Of a DNA stretch of 64,000 nucleotides, positions 42,571 through 53,172 are shown in pieces (the first letter of the stretch is position 1; the number at the start of each line of letters is the position of its first letter). The DNA comes from Segatella copri (lineage in GTDB: Bacteria; Bacteroidota; Bacteroidia; Bacteroidales; Bacteroidaceae), in assembly GCA_021615735.1 (NCBI GenBank), contig JAJWFY010000009.1:21527-85526 (forward strand), written 5' to 3'. The notes beneath the pieces were generated by a model. That model saw only the letters and a program-made list of their open reading frames with translations. It was not told where the DNA came from and did not search any database. The translations under genes and the position numbers were made by a program.

Positions 42571-45117
42571 AAGATCATCGAAGTTGACAGGCTGCTCCGT
42601 TGGCTTGGCCTTCTTCTTCTCTTTCTTTTCTTCTGTGGTGGCTGTACCGTTGGCAGATTCGCTTTCAGCCTTCTTGGCAGGAACTTCGCGGATGATAGGG
42701 TTGCCTTCGTCATCGAGAACGATCTCTTCCTGGAAGGCGGTACTGTCTACCTTGGTGGTATCTACCTTTGGCTTTGGTGCATAGCTTGCACAGATGTACA
42801 TATCGCGGGTGATATCGCTGTCCTGTGGCTTGTCAAACTTGCCGTGATACTGCTGGAAGACTGGGTCGCCAAAGACACTCTGGAGGAAGTAACCGCACAC
42901 AGGAAGAGCGGTTCTGGATCCCTGACCCAATGCTCCGGTGCGGAAGTGGAGACAGCGGTATTCGCCTCCTACCCAGGCACCAACTACGAGCTTAGGGCTC
43001 ACACACATGAACCAGGCATCGGAGTGGTTATTGGTGGTACCTGTCTTGCCACCGAACTCAGTATCACGGTAGTTGTCTACATAGCCCCAGAGACTCTGGG
43101 ATGTACCTCCCGGCTCCTTCATACCGCCCTGTAAGAGCTGCTGCATGAGGAAGGCACTCTTGTAAGGTATCACCTGCTCGGAATCGGTAGGCCCCTCGTA
43201 AACCACCTTACCGTCGTGGTCTACAATCTTGGTAACCAATACCGGGTCGTGGTGCTTGCCATTGTTGGCAATGGTGCTGTAGGCGCATGCCATCTCCAGG
43301 AGGTTGACATCGCTGGAACCGAGGGCGAGAGAAGGGGTGTCATCCAGCGGACTGTTGATACCCATCTTCTTGGCTGTCTCGATGATGCGCTTGATGCCCA
43401 TCTCCTGTCCTAATCTTACAGCCACAGAGTTGATACTCTTGGCAAAGGCACTCTTCAATGGGATACTGTCGCCCGAGAACGAACCGTTGGCATTGGATGG
43501 ACGCCAGATGGTCATTTCGTGCTTCTTCTTATCGTATACCTCCATAGAGATATATTCGTCGCGACGCTTATCACAAGGGGTTAAACCCTGATTCATCGCC
43601 TCGGTATATACAAAGAGTTTGAAGGTAGAACCAGGCTGGCGCTCGGCTGTTACCTTGTCATACTTCCAGTGGTCGAAGTCGATATCGCCCACCCATGCCT
43701 TTACTGCTCCGGTCTGTGGCTCCATGGCTACAAAGGCGCAGTGCATGAAGGTGGTCATATACTTGATGGAGTCTTCTGATGTCATGTTCATCGTGATGCT
43801 GCCCTTGTCATAATCGAATACCTTAACCGGGTGAACCCACTCCTTATAGTAATAGTTTACTGAGTCGGGATTATCAGGGAAGCGGGCAACCAATGCCTTG
43901 TAGAATGGCTGGCGCTCGGCGATGCCCTGGATGAAGTTTGGTATCACGTTGTGGTTCTCATCCTGCCAAGGATCCTGACCCATCCAGTTGCCTTTGCCTG
44001 CCTGGGTACGGCGGATGCTCCAGTGGTTGTTGAAGTTCTGCTGTACCTGTTTCATCTGCTTGCGGGCTGCATCTTCTGCATACTTCTGCATGCGGGTATC
44101 GATGGTGGTATAAATCTTCAAACCGCTGGTATAGAGGTCGTAACCTTCGTCTTTACACCAGTCTTTCAGGTAGTTGGCTACTGCCTCACGGAAGTATTTA
44201 GCCTGTCCGTCGTAGTTTTCTTCTACCTTGAAATCGAGCTTGATAGGCTCATCTTTCAGTTCATTGTATCTGTCTTTTGAGAGATCGCCATGTGTCACCA
44301 TATTATATAATACGGTGTTGCGGCGTGCAAGACTGTTCTCCGGGTTGGTGCGTGGGTTGTAGTAGGTGGTAGCTTTGAGCATGCCCACGAGCACGGCAGC
44401 CTGACCGGTGGTCAACTCCTTAGGGGTGGTGTTGAAGTAGGTCTTCGCAGCGGTTTTGATACCATAGGAATTGCTACCGAAATCTACCGTATTAGCATAC
44501 ATGGTGATGATTTCCTTCTTGCTGAACACCGTTTCGAGTTTAACCGCGATGATCCACTCCTTGCTCTTGATGATGAGCAGGCGGAGTACAGGAATCTTGC
44601 CCAGCAAACCGGTAGAATATTGCGAACGTACACGGAACATGTTCTTCGCCAGCTGCTGTGTGATGGTAGAAGCACCGCGCCCGTTATGATGGAGGAGTGC
44701 ATCCTTGGCAGCAGCAAACACGCCGATAGGATCGATACCGATATGCTTGTAGAATCGTTCATCCTCGGTATCTACCAGTGCCTTGAAGAAATCGGGTGTT
44801 ACCTCACCATATTCTACCGGAGTACGGTTTTCGTTGAAATACTTGCCGATGAGTTTTCCATCAGCCGAATAGATTTCAGAGGCCTCTGAGGTCTGTGGAT
44901 CCAGAATGCCTGAGAAATAGCCAGGCGACTTGCCGAAGAGCCATAAGAAGTTGATATCTACTGCGCCCAGATACAAGATGAAGGCGACTATGCAACTTGC
45001 CAAGGCAACGAGGGTCTTGGTATACCACGCCCTGCCCTGATACAATCCCTTGTACCAAGGCCAGAATGCGCGAAACTTTTGCCATAACCAGGCAAAGAGA
45101 GCTTTAATTTTATTCAT
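42568..45117 (-). CDS. mrcA: Class A penicillin-binding protein 1A (glycosyltransferase plus transpeptidase)
   Basis: The GT51 motifs are EDERFYKHIGIDP and GASTITQQLAKN. The transpeptidase motifs are PGSTFK (SxxK), SxN and KTGTT. Confidence 0.9.
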   Translation of the reverse strand: MNKIKALFAWLWQKFRAFWPWYKGLYQGRAWYTKTLVALASCIVAFILYLGAVDINFLWLFGKSPGYFSGILDPQTSEASEIYSADGKLIGKYFNENRTPVEYGEVTPDFFKALVDTEDERFYKHIGIDPIGVFAAAKDALLHHNGRGASTITQQLAKNMFRVRSQYSTGLLGKIPVLRLLIIKSKEWIIAVKLETVFSKKEIITMYANTVDFGSNSYGIKTAAKTYFNTTPKELTTGQAAVLVGMLKATTYYNPRTNPENSLARRNTVLYNMVTHGDLSKDRYNELKDEPIKLDFKVEENYDGQAKYFREAVANYLKDWCKDEGYDLYTSGLKIYTTIDTRMQKYAEDAARKQMKQVQQNFNNHWSIRRTQAGKGNWMGQDPWQDENHNVIPNFIQGIAERQPFYKALVARFPDNPDSVNYYYKEWVHPVKVFDYDKGSITMNMTSEDSIKYMTTFMHCAFVAMEPQTGAVKAWVGDIDFDHWKYDKVTAERQPGSTFKLFVYTEAMNQGLTPCDKRRDEYISMEVYDKKKHEMTIWRPSNANGSFSGDSIPLKSAFAKSINSVAVRLGQEMGIKRIIETAKKMGINSPLDDTPSLALGSSDVNLLEMACAYSTIANNGKHHDPVLVTKIVDHDGKVVYEGPTDSEQVIPYKSAFLMQQLLQGGMKEPGGTSQSLWGYVDNYRDTEFGGKTGTTNNHSDAWFMCVSPKLVVGAWVGGEYRCLHFRTGALGQGSRTALPVCGYFLQSVFGDPVFQQYHGKFDKPQDSDITRDMYICASYAPKPKVDTTKVDSTAFQEEIVLDDEGNPIIREVPAKKAESESANGTATTEEKKEKKKAKPTEQPVNFDDL

Positions 45118-45144
45118 ATATGATGATATAATGATTTCGTTGTT

Positions 45145-45795
45145 TTACTCTTCGTTCTTCACTTCCTCTACATCCACATAAATCTCCTTTGAATCCTGTT
45201 TCTGCTGCTGGTTCTTCAGCCAGATTCTCTTGTTGTTGGAGACTTTAAAGGCGTTGAGAAGCTCTACTACTCCATAGATGAGCATACCCCAACCGATGAT
45301 GAAAAGAGGGGCAGAGGCGATGGCTGAAGGCTTGATGATGGCGAGCAGACCCAGCAGAAGAAGGGCTGAAGGGAAGAGCCAGAAGAGAATGCCTACGCGA
45401 CCCATCTTAGCTGCTGAAGCCAGGTTGACAAACTGGGTCAGAGCGCCCAAAATCAGGATGAACGCCAGGATGAACATCAGCCAGGCGATAAACACCTGAG
45501 GCATCAGGGCAAGCAGCAATCCCAGGATAAGACTGCCTACGCTCACAAGCGGGAATTTAGGCATCATGCCCATGATAGGCTTACCATTGGAATCAGACAG
45601 AATCTGGCCCTGCATCTTCTCTGCATTGCGTTTGGCTGCCCAATAACTGGCAAGGGAGATGACACCTGAAAGGAAAAACAAAACACCGATGGCGATGGTT
45701 ATCCAGGTGACGGTCTGCTCACGATATTGGATGAGCAGGACTCCTACGATGATGGCGCATACTGCGCGGAATATTGAACTGTGAATTACCTTCAT
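45145..45795 (-). CDS. DUF308/HdeD-like membrane protein
   Basis: It has six hydrophobic helices with a repeated G..I..G...L pattern. I chose the ATG at 45795 (MKVIHSS), 28 nt after the -7 box at 45823-45830. It is probably the first gene of an operon with PBP1A and the helicase. Confidence 0.6.
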   Translation of the reverse strand: MKVIHSSIFRAVCAIIVGVLLIQYREQTVTWITIAIGVLFFLSGVISLASYWAAKRNAEKMQGQILSDSNGKPIMGMMPKFPLVSVGSLILGLLLALMPQVFIAWLMFILAFILILGALTQFVNLASAAKMGRVGILFWLFPSALLLLGLLAIIKPSAIASAPLFIIGWGMLIYGVVELLNAFKVSNNKRIWLKNQQQKQDSKEIYVDVEEVKNEE

Positions 45796-45822
45796 ACTAA
45801 AACTGATTTTGTTATTTCGGGG

Positions 45823-45830
45823 CAAAGTTA
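45823..45830 (-). promoter_or_regulatory. -7 box for the DUF308-PBP1A-helicase operon
   Basis: TAACTTTGCC on the minus strand, 28 nt before the ATG at 45795. I see no box in front of PBP1A or the helicase. Confidence 0.55.
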
Positions 45831-45874
45831 CGAAAGAAATCCGAAACTAGCAAGAAGTTTTTTATATAAACTTA

Positions 45875-45927
45875 AATTATTGCTATATTTAACGCTAATT
45901 ATTGCTATATTTAACGCTAATTATTTG
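45875..45927 (+). repeat. 22-bp tandem repeat x2 plus a partial unit
   Basis: AATTATTGCTATATTTAACGCT x2, then AATTATTTG. Confidence 0.85.
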
Positions 45928-45947
45928 TTGGTCTCGATAGAAAGCCG

Positions 45948-45955
45948 TAATTTTG
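45948..45955 (+). promoter_or_regulatory. -7 box for the histidine phosphatase gene
   Basis: TAATTTTGTA, 123 nt before the ATG at 46078. Confidence 0.5.
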
Positions 45956-45988
45956 TAAGCAAAATCAGAATCATGATGTCTTGGAAAG

Positions 45989-46077
45989 AGACTTAGTGAA
46001 AGTAAAAACTATGTCTGGAGTATAGACTTAGGAAAAGTAAAAACTCATTTTTGATATAGACGGAAAAAGTAAAGACA
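45989..46077 (+). repeat. Three dispersed ~22-nt direct repeats in the 5' UTR of the histidine phosphatase gene
   Basis: agacttagtgaaagtaaaaact (45989-46010), agacttaggaaaagtaaaaact (46024-46045) and agacggaaaaagtaaagaca (46058-46077). The period is about 35 nt. Confidence 0.75.
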
Positions 46078-46584
46078 ATGACAAAATTATATTTGGTGCG
46101 CCATGGTGAAACGGTGGATAACAAGGCGCAAATTATGCAGGGACAAACACCGGGAAAACTCAATATGAAAGGTATTGAGCAGGCTGAGGAAGTGGCCAGG
46201 AAAATGGCGGGTACGCCTATCGATGTTTTCGTATCGAGCGATCTCTATCGCAGTATACAGACCTGTGAAATTATCGCCGGCTCGCATCCCGTTGTCACCA
46301 CTCCCTTGCTCAGAGAGCGCGATTGGGGCGATTTTACGGGTAAATTCATCCCTGACCTGCCGAAGGACCCAAAGGATTGGCCGGACAACATAGAGACGCT
46401 GGAAAAGATGAAATCAAGAGCCCAGAATTTCCTTACCTGGCTCAAGGTTACTTATCCTGACCAGACCGTTCTTGCTGTGGGGCATGGCATCATAAATAAG
46501 GCTATCCAGAGTGTTTATTATAAACGTCCGATGAACCAGATAGAGAAAATGGCGAATGCTGAGGTCAGAGTCCTTATTCTTTAA
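46078..46584 (+). CDS. Histidine phosphatase (phosphoglycerate mutase) family protein
   Basis: LYLVRHGETVDN is the RHG motif. SSDLYRSIQT and AVGHG follow. Confidence 0.85.
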   Translation: MTKLYLVRHGETVDNKAQIMQGQTPGKLNMKGIEQAEEVARKMAGTPIDVFVSSDLYRSIQTCEIIAGSHPVVTTPLLRERDWGDFTGKFIPDLPKDPKDWPDNIETLEKMKSRAQNFLTWLKVTYPDQTVLAVGHGIINKAIQSVYYKRPMNQIEKMANAEVRVLIL

Positions 46585-46617
46585 GTGAAGAGTGAAAAAT
46601 TCAATTGCTTCGCTAAT

Positions 46618-46684
46618 CATAAAGTTCAAAGTATCAAAAGTTCTAAGTATAATTTAAAGTATCAAAGAAAAAGTATCAAAGAAT
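46618..46684 (+). repeat. 14-nt (2x7) periodic array AAAGTAT CAAAGAA
   Basis: aaagttc aaagtat caaaagt tctaagt ataattt aaagtat caaagaa aaagtat caaagaa. It ends just before the SDR ATG at 46685. Confidence 0.7.
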
Positions 46685-47440
46685 ATGAATAAAATTGCTC
46701 TTATTACAGGCGCAACAAGCGGTATTGGCGAAGGTTGTGCACGTCGTTTTGCCCGTGGCGGCTATAACCTGATTCTTACAGGTAGAAACACGGGAAAGTT
46801 GGAAATCCTGAAGAAAGAACTCGAGGCTGAGGGCGTTGAGGTGCTTGCCTTGGCTTTCGATGTGCGTAACCGTGAAGCTGCCAAGAAAGCGGTGGATTAC
46901 ATCCCTGAGGAGTGGCGCAATGTGGATGTGCTTATCAATAATGCGGGACTCGCACGTGGATTGGAACCTGAATATGAGGGCGATTTTGAAGATTGGGATC
47001 AGATGATTGATACCAATATTAAGGGCCTTTTAACCATGACTCGCCTGATTGTACCTGGTATGGTGGAGCGTAATCATGGTCATGTAATCAATATAGGTAG
47101 TGTGGCGGGTGATGCTGCTTATGCGGGAGGTAATGTATATTGTGCTACCAAAGCGGCTGTAAAGGCTATTACAGACGGCTTGCGCATTGATGTGGCACAT
47201 ACGAAAGTGCGTGTTACCAATGTGAAACCGGGTTTGGTTGAAACCAACTTCTCTAACATCCGTTTCCATGGTGACCAGAACCGCGCAGACAACGTTTACC
47301 GCGGCATAGAGCCTCTGAACGGCGATGACGTGGCTGATGTAGCCTTCTATGCTGCAAGTGCTCCAGAACACGTGCAAATAGCTGAGGTTCTGGTTCTTGC
47401 TACGCATCAGGCTAACGGAACCGTGATACACAGAAGCTAG
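46685..47440 (+). CDS. SDR-family NADP-dependent oxidoreductase (YdfG-like)
   Basis: ITGATSGIGEG is the TGxxxGxG motif. NNAG and the catalytic YCATKAAV (YxxxK) are present. Confidence 0.9.
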   Translation: MNKIALITGATSGIGEGCARRFARGGYNLILTGRNTGKLEILKKELEAEGVEVLALAFDVRNREAAKKAVDYIPEEWRNVDVLINNAGLARGLEPEYEGDFEDWDQMIDTNIKGLLTMTRLIVPGMVERNHGHVINIGSVAGDAAYAGGNVYCATKAAVKAITDGLRIDVAHTKVRVTNVKPGLVETNFSNIRFHGDQNRADNVYRGIEPLNGDDVADVAFYAASAPEHVQIAEVLVLATHQANGTVIHRS

Positions 47441-49293
<1,853 letters not shown>

Positions 49294-49416
49294 TTACTTT
49301 AGATAAAAATAGTTAATATATTAAAGTATCTGATTCTTAAGGAGTTATCTGTTTCTTTGGTAGACTTATCTTTTACCAAAATACTACTTAGGTATACAAC
49401 TTTGAAAAAAATGATA

Positions 49417-49424
49417 TAACTTTG
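49417..49424 (+). promoter_or_regulatory. Orphan -7 box (no CDS before the next terminator)
   Basis: TAACTTTGCAAAC. The hairpin at 49651-49682 with its T-tail lies about 230 nt downstream. Confidence 0.45.
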
Positions 49425-49431
49425 CAAACGA

Positions 49432-49690
49432 AATCAGAAAACAGTAGTTTTAATGGTTTAATTACCACTTCAAGTCTTCTAAAAGTATTTAATGATAAAG
49501 AAAATTCCTTTTGTTGATTTAGTATGTTGATTTAAATAGGAAAACAGGTTTAGTTTATATTAGGGAAAAAAGGATTGGTAATAGACTAGGCTACTTGATG
49601 ATTCAAGTTTGCCCTTAAAGGCAAAGCTTATCTATTATGTTTTAGGGAAAACCGCCATGCTTTTGTGAAAAAGTGTGGCGGTCTTTGTTT
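49432..49690 (+). ncRNA. Candidate non-coding transcript (~260 nt), or a leader/attenuator upstream of rfbD
   Basis: It runs from the orphan -7 box at 49417-49424 to the terminator at 49651-49682. It is AT-rich, has no ORF, and carries an internal hairpin tttgcc/ggcaaa at about 49606-49626. Confidence 0.25.
49651..49682 (+). terminator. Hairpin plus T-tail inside the 700-bp intergenic region upstream of rfbD
   Basis: accgccatgc-ttttgtgaaaaa-gtgtggcggt followed by ctttgttt. Confidence 0.45.
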
Positions 49691-49740
49691 AATATATGTT
49701 AGTTTCTTCTCTTTTCTTTGGTCAACTCAAATTATTTTTT

Positions 49741-49748
49741 TACCTTTG
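49741..49748 (+). promoter_or_regulatory. -7 box for rfbD-rfbB
   Basis: TACCTTTGCC, 144 nt before the ATG at 49892. Confidence 0.55.
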
Positions 49749-49891
49749 CCACATATTTATATATAGATGAATGGATTTATATATATAGGTAGTAGGAAAT
49801 AGATTTCGAGAGAAAATATCAGTTTTCTTCATGTGTAGAGGGAAATGGTAAGTAGACTTTAAAATATTATATTGAATAAAATATTAAAACA

Positions 49892-50764
49892 ATGAATATA
49901 TTAGTAACAGGCGCTAATGGTCAATTGGGACATGAAATGCAAATCTGTGCCCAAAAAAGCAATCACAAGTTTGTCTTCACCGATGTGGCTGAAGGCTATG
50001 AAAAACTGGATATCACCAATCTTGACGCTATCCGAGAAAAGGTGAGGGAGAATGATATTCAGGTAATTGTTAACTGCGCTGCTTATACCAACGTAGATAA
50101 GGCTGAAACAGATTACGATCTGGCTAATCTGCTCAACAATACTGCTGCGGGAAATTTGGCACAGGCTATGAAGGAGGTAGATGGTACTTTGATTCATGTA
50201 TCTACCGACTATGTTTTTCAGGGCGACAAGAATATACCTTGCCGTGAAGATTGGGAAACGAATCCTTTGGGGGTATATGGTAAAACGAAACTTGCAGGCG
50301 AAAAGAGTATTGAAGCTACTGGATGCAAGCATATCATCATCCGTACAGCATGGCTCTACTCGCAGTGGGGTAAGAACTTCGTGAAGACCATGCAGAGTCT
50401 CACGGCAAGCCATGACACCCTAAAGGTGGTCTTCGATCAGGTGGGTACTCCAACTTACGCTGGCGACCTGGCTGCTGTCATCTCACATATCATCGAAACT
50501 GACCAGTTGGATAAGACGGGCATCTACCACTTCTCTAATGAGGGTGTCTGCTCTTGGTTTGATTTCGCTAAGATTATCTGCGAACTGAGCGGAAATACTT
50601 GCGATATACAGCCTTGCTACAGCGAGGAGTTCCCAAGCCCAGTGAAGCGTCCTCACTTCTCTGTACTTGACAAGAGTAAGCTGAAGCAGACTTTCGGATT
50701 CAAGGTGCCATACTGGACTGACAGTTTGAAGAAGTGCATCGCTGAATTGGCGGCAGCAAAATAA
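49892..50764 (+). CDS. rfbD: dTDP-4-dehydrorhamnose reductase
   Basis: MNILVTGANGQLG, NCAAYTNVDKAE, STDYVF and YGKTKLAGE form the RmlD pattern. Confidence 0.9.
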   Translation: MNILVTGANGQLGHEMQICAQKSNHKFVFTDVAEGYEKLDITNLDAIREKVRENDIQVIVNCAAYTNVDKAETDYDLANLLNNTAAGNLAQAMKEVDGTLIHVSTDYVFQGDKNIPCREDWETNPLGVYGKTKLAGEKSIEATGCKHIIIRTAWLYSQWGKNFVKTMQSLTASHDTLKVVFDQVGTPTYAGDLAAVISHIIETDQLDKTGIYHFSNEGVCSWFDFAKIICELSGNTCDIQPCYSEEFPSPVKRPHFSVLDKSKLKQTFGFKVPYWTDSLKKCIAELAAAK

Positions 50765-50790
50765 TTATTAATTATAAATTATTAATTGAA
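50765..50790 (+). repeat. Heptad array TTATTAA/TTATAAA x3
   Basis: It fills the rfbD-rfbB gap, from the stop at 50764 to the ATG at 50791. Confidence 0.7.
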
Positions 50791-51924
50791 ATGAAGAATA
50801 TCATTATCACGGGCGGTGCTGGTTTCATCGGCTCACACGTAGTAAGACTTTTCGTGAACAAATATCCTGAGTATCACATCATCAACCTCGACAAGTTGAC
50901 ATACGCAGGCAACCTGGCTAACCTCAAGGACATCGAGGACAAGCCTAACTATACTTTCGTTAAGGGCGACATCTGCGATTTCGACCTGATGTTGAAACTG
51001 ATGCAGGACTACAAGGTGGATGGCATCATCCATCTCGCTGCCGAGAGCCATGTAGATAGAAGTATCAAGGATCCATTCACTTTTGCTCATACCAACGTGA
51101 TGGGTACCCTGTCTCTGCTCCAGGCTGCCAAGATTTACTGGGAGAGTCTTCCTGAGGGTTACGAGGGCAAGCGCTTCTACCACATCTCTACTGATGAGGT
51201 TTACGGTGCATTGAAGATGACTCATCCTGAGGGTATTCCTGCTCCTTTCACCACCAAGGCATCAAGCGGTAAGAACCACGAGGCTTACGGCGAGGAGTTC
51301 TTCGTAGAGACTACCAAGTACAATCCTCACTCTCCATACTCTGCATCCAAGGCAAGCTCAGACCACTTCGTCCGTGCTTTCCACGATACATACGGTATGC
51401 CTACCATCGTGACCAACTGCTCTAACAACTACGGTCCATACCAGTTCCCAGAGAAGTTGATTCCGCTGTTTATCAACAATATCCGTCATCGCAAGCCATT
51501 GCCAGTATATGGTAAGGGTGAGAACGTGCGCGACTGGTTGTATGTAGTAGATCATGCCCGTGCCATCGATATGATTTTCCACAAGGGTAAGATAGCCGAG
51601 ACCTATAACATCGGCGGTTTCAACGAGTGGAAGAACATCGATATCATCAAGGTGGTAATCAAGACTGTTGATAGATTGCTCGGCAGAAAGGAAGGCGAGG
51701 ATATGGATCTCATCACTTATGTAACAGACAGAAAGGGTCATGATATGCGTTATGCCATCGACTCTAGAAAGTTGCAGAAGGAATTGGGGTGGGAGCCATC
51801 TCTCCAGTTTGAGGAGGGTATCGAGGAAACCGTGAAATGGTATCTCGATAACCAGGAATGGATGGATAATGTAACATCGGGTGATTACCAGAAGTATTAC
51901 GATAATATGTATTCAAACCGATAA
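50791..51924 (+). CDS. rfbB: dTDP-glucose 4,6-dehydratase
   Basis: IIITGGAGFIGSH, HLAAESHVDRS, STDEVYG, YSASKASSDH and NCSNNYGPYQFPEKLIP form the RmlB pattern. Confidence 0.95.
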   Translation: MKNIIITGGAGFIGSHVVRLFVNKYPEYHIINLDKLTYAGNLANLKDIEDKPNYTFVKGDICDFDLMLKLMQDYKVDGIIHLAAESHVDRSIKDPFTFAHTNVMGTLSLLQAAKIYWESLPEGYEGKRFYHISTDEVYGALKMTHPEGIPAPFTTKASSGKNHEAYGEEFFVETTKYNPHSPYSASKASSDHFVRAFHDTYGMPTIVTNCSNNYGPYQFPEKLIPLFINNIRHRKPLPVYGKGENVRDWLYVVDHARAIDMIFHKGKIAETYNIGGFNEWKNIDIIKVVIKTVDRLLGRKEGEDMDLITYVTDRKGHDMRYAIDSRKLQKELGWEPSLQFEEGIEETVKWYLDNQEWMDNVTSGDYQKYYDNMYSNR

Positions 51925-52020
51925 TAGCTTTTGGAGTAATCGGAACATGTTTTTATTGTAACCGGTGCATGTCTCTATTGTAACCGGTGCAAGAGATTCT
52001 GTTTTATATATTGAATCAGG

Positions 52021-52061
52021 AGTCCTGTATTTGTTTATAACAGCAAATGCAGGACTTTTTT
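52021..52061 (+). terminator. Terminator of rfbB
   Basis: agtcctgtatttg..caaatgcaggact gives a 13-bp stem with 1 mismatch, followed by TTTTTT. Confidence 0.65.
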
Positions 52062-52155
52062 GTTTTATGGCAATTAAAATGCTGTAAATATATTATTATT
52101 TCTTAATTTTTTATGCTTTATGTCGAAGAAAACTGAAAACTAGAAAATATTTTTC

Positions 52156-52163
52156 TATCTTTG
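52156..52163 (+). promoter_or_regulatory. -7 box for the PCMD/Omp85/EptA cluster
   Basis: TATCTTTGCAG, 29 nt before the ATG at 52192. Confidence 0.6.
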
Positions 52164-52191
52164 CAGCCTTAATGATATAAAAAAAACAGAT

Positions 52192-53154
52192 ATGAAGAAA
52201 ATAATAATATCAGGCATCGTTATGGCGGTTGCTACCTTGTCGTGCCTTCCCGTTAAGGGACAGGAAAAGGTGGTTCCTTTTAAATATGGTAATATGGACC
52301 ACTGGGTAATCAGGAATATCAAAGAATCAGGCATTATCGGAGGAAATCAGAAAAAAGTTTATGCCGTTGGACCTAATATGACTATCAATGGTAATATTCC
52401 TTATACCAATAAGGGTGGTTCGCCTTGGGGTTCCTCTAATGTCCTGGCACATGTATCGGGCATCTATAAGACGAATAACTCTGTGTTTCGTGATAAACAT
52501 GGTAGTGGATATTGTGCCAAACTGGTAACCCATATTGAGAAAGTAAAAGTGCTGGGACTCATCAATATCAAGGTCTTGGCTGCCGGTTCTCTCTTTCTGG
52601 GTGATGTTCGTGAACCGATAACAAGTACCAAGGATGGTCCTAAAGCCATCAACTGGGGTATACCATTCACCGCACGTCCTAAGGCTTTGCGCTTTGATTA
52701 TAAGACTTCTTTTCCTAATGCAGCCAATCGTATCAAGCAGAATGGATTTAGCGGAGCCTCTACGGTTGCAGGTCGAGATCATGCTATAGCTGTGCTCTAT
52801 CTGCAGAAACGGCATGAAGATGCTAAGGGAAATATAACAGCTAAACGTGTGGGTACGATGGTAGTCAGATTCGGAAAGAGTACCGATAGATGGGTGGAAG
52901 ATGCTACCTATACAATCCATTATGGCGATATCCGCCACATGGCAGGTTATCAGGCTGCTACTATGGGACTGCGATCCACTGACTATGCCCGTAACAGCAA
53001 GGGTAAGAGTGTGCCGGTAAAAGAAGTAGGATGGGCGAGTGCTAACGAAAAACCTACTCATCTGATTCTTCAGTTCTCCTCATCCGATGGTGGAGCCTAT
53101 ATCGGAACTCCAGGCAATACCTTGTGGATTGATAATGTAGCATTGGTGTATTAA
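52192..53154 (+). CDS. Secreted PCMD-like (putative carbohydrate metabolism domain) protein
   Basis: It has a signal peptide. LAAGSLFLGDV..WGIPFTARPKALRFDYK..LWIDNVALVY resembles the PCMD family. The call is from memory only. Confidence 0.55.
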   Translation: MKKIIISGIVMAVATLSCLPVKGQEKVVPFKYGNMDHWVIRNIKESGIIGGNQKKVYAVGPNMTINGNIPYTNKGGSPWGSSNVLAHVSGIYKTNNSVFRDKHGSGYCAKLVTHIEKVKVLGLINIKVLAAGSLFLGDVREPITSTKDGPKAINWGIPFTARPKALRFDYKTSFPNAANRIKQNGFSGASTVAGRDHAIAVLYLQKRHEDAKGNITAKRVGTMVVRFGKSTDRWVEDATYTIHYGDIRHMAGYQAATMGLRSTDYARNSKGKSVPVKEVGWASANEKPTHLILQFSSSDGGAYIGTPGNTLWIDNVALVY

Positions 53155-53172
53155 AATAATAAAATCGACAAA

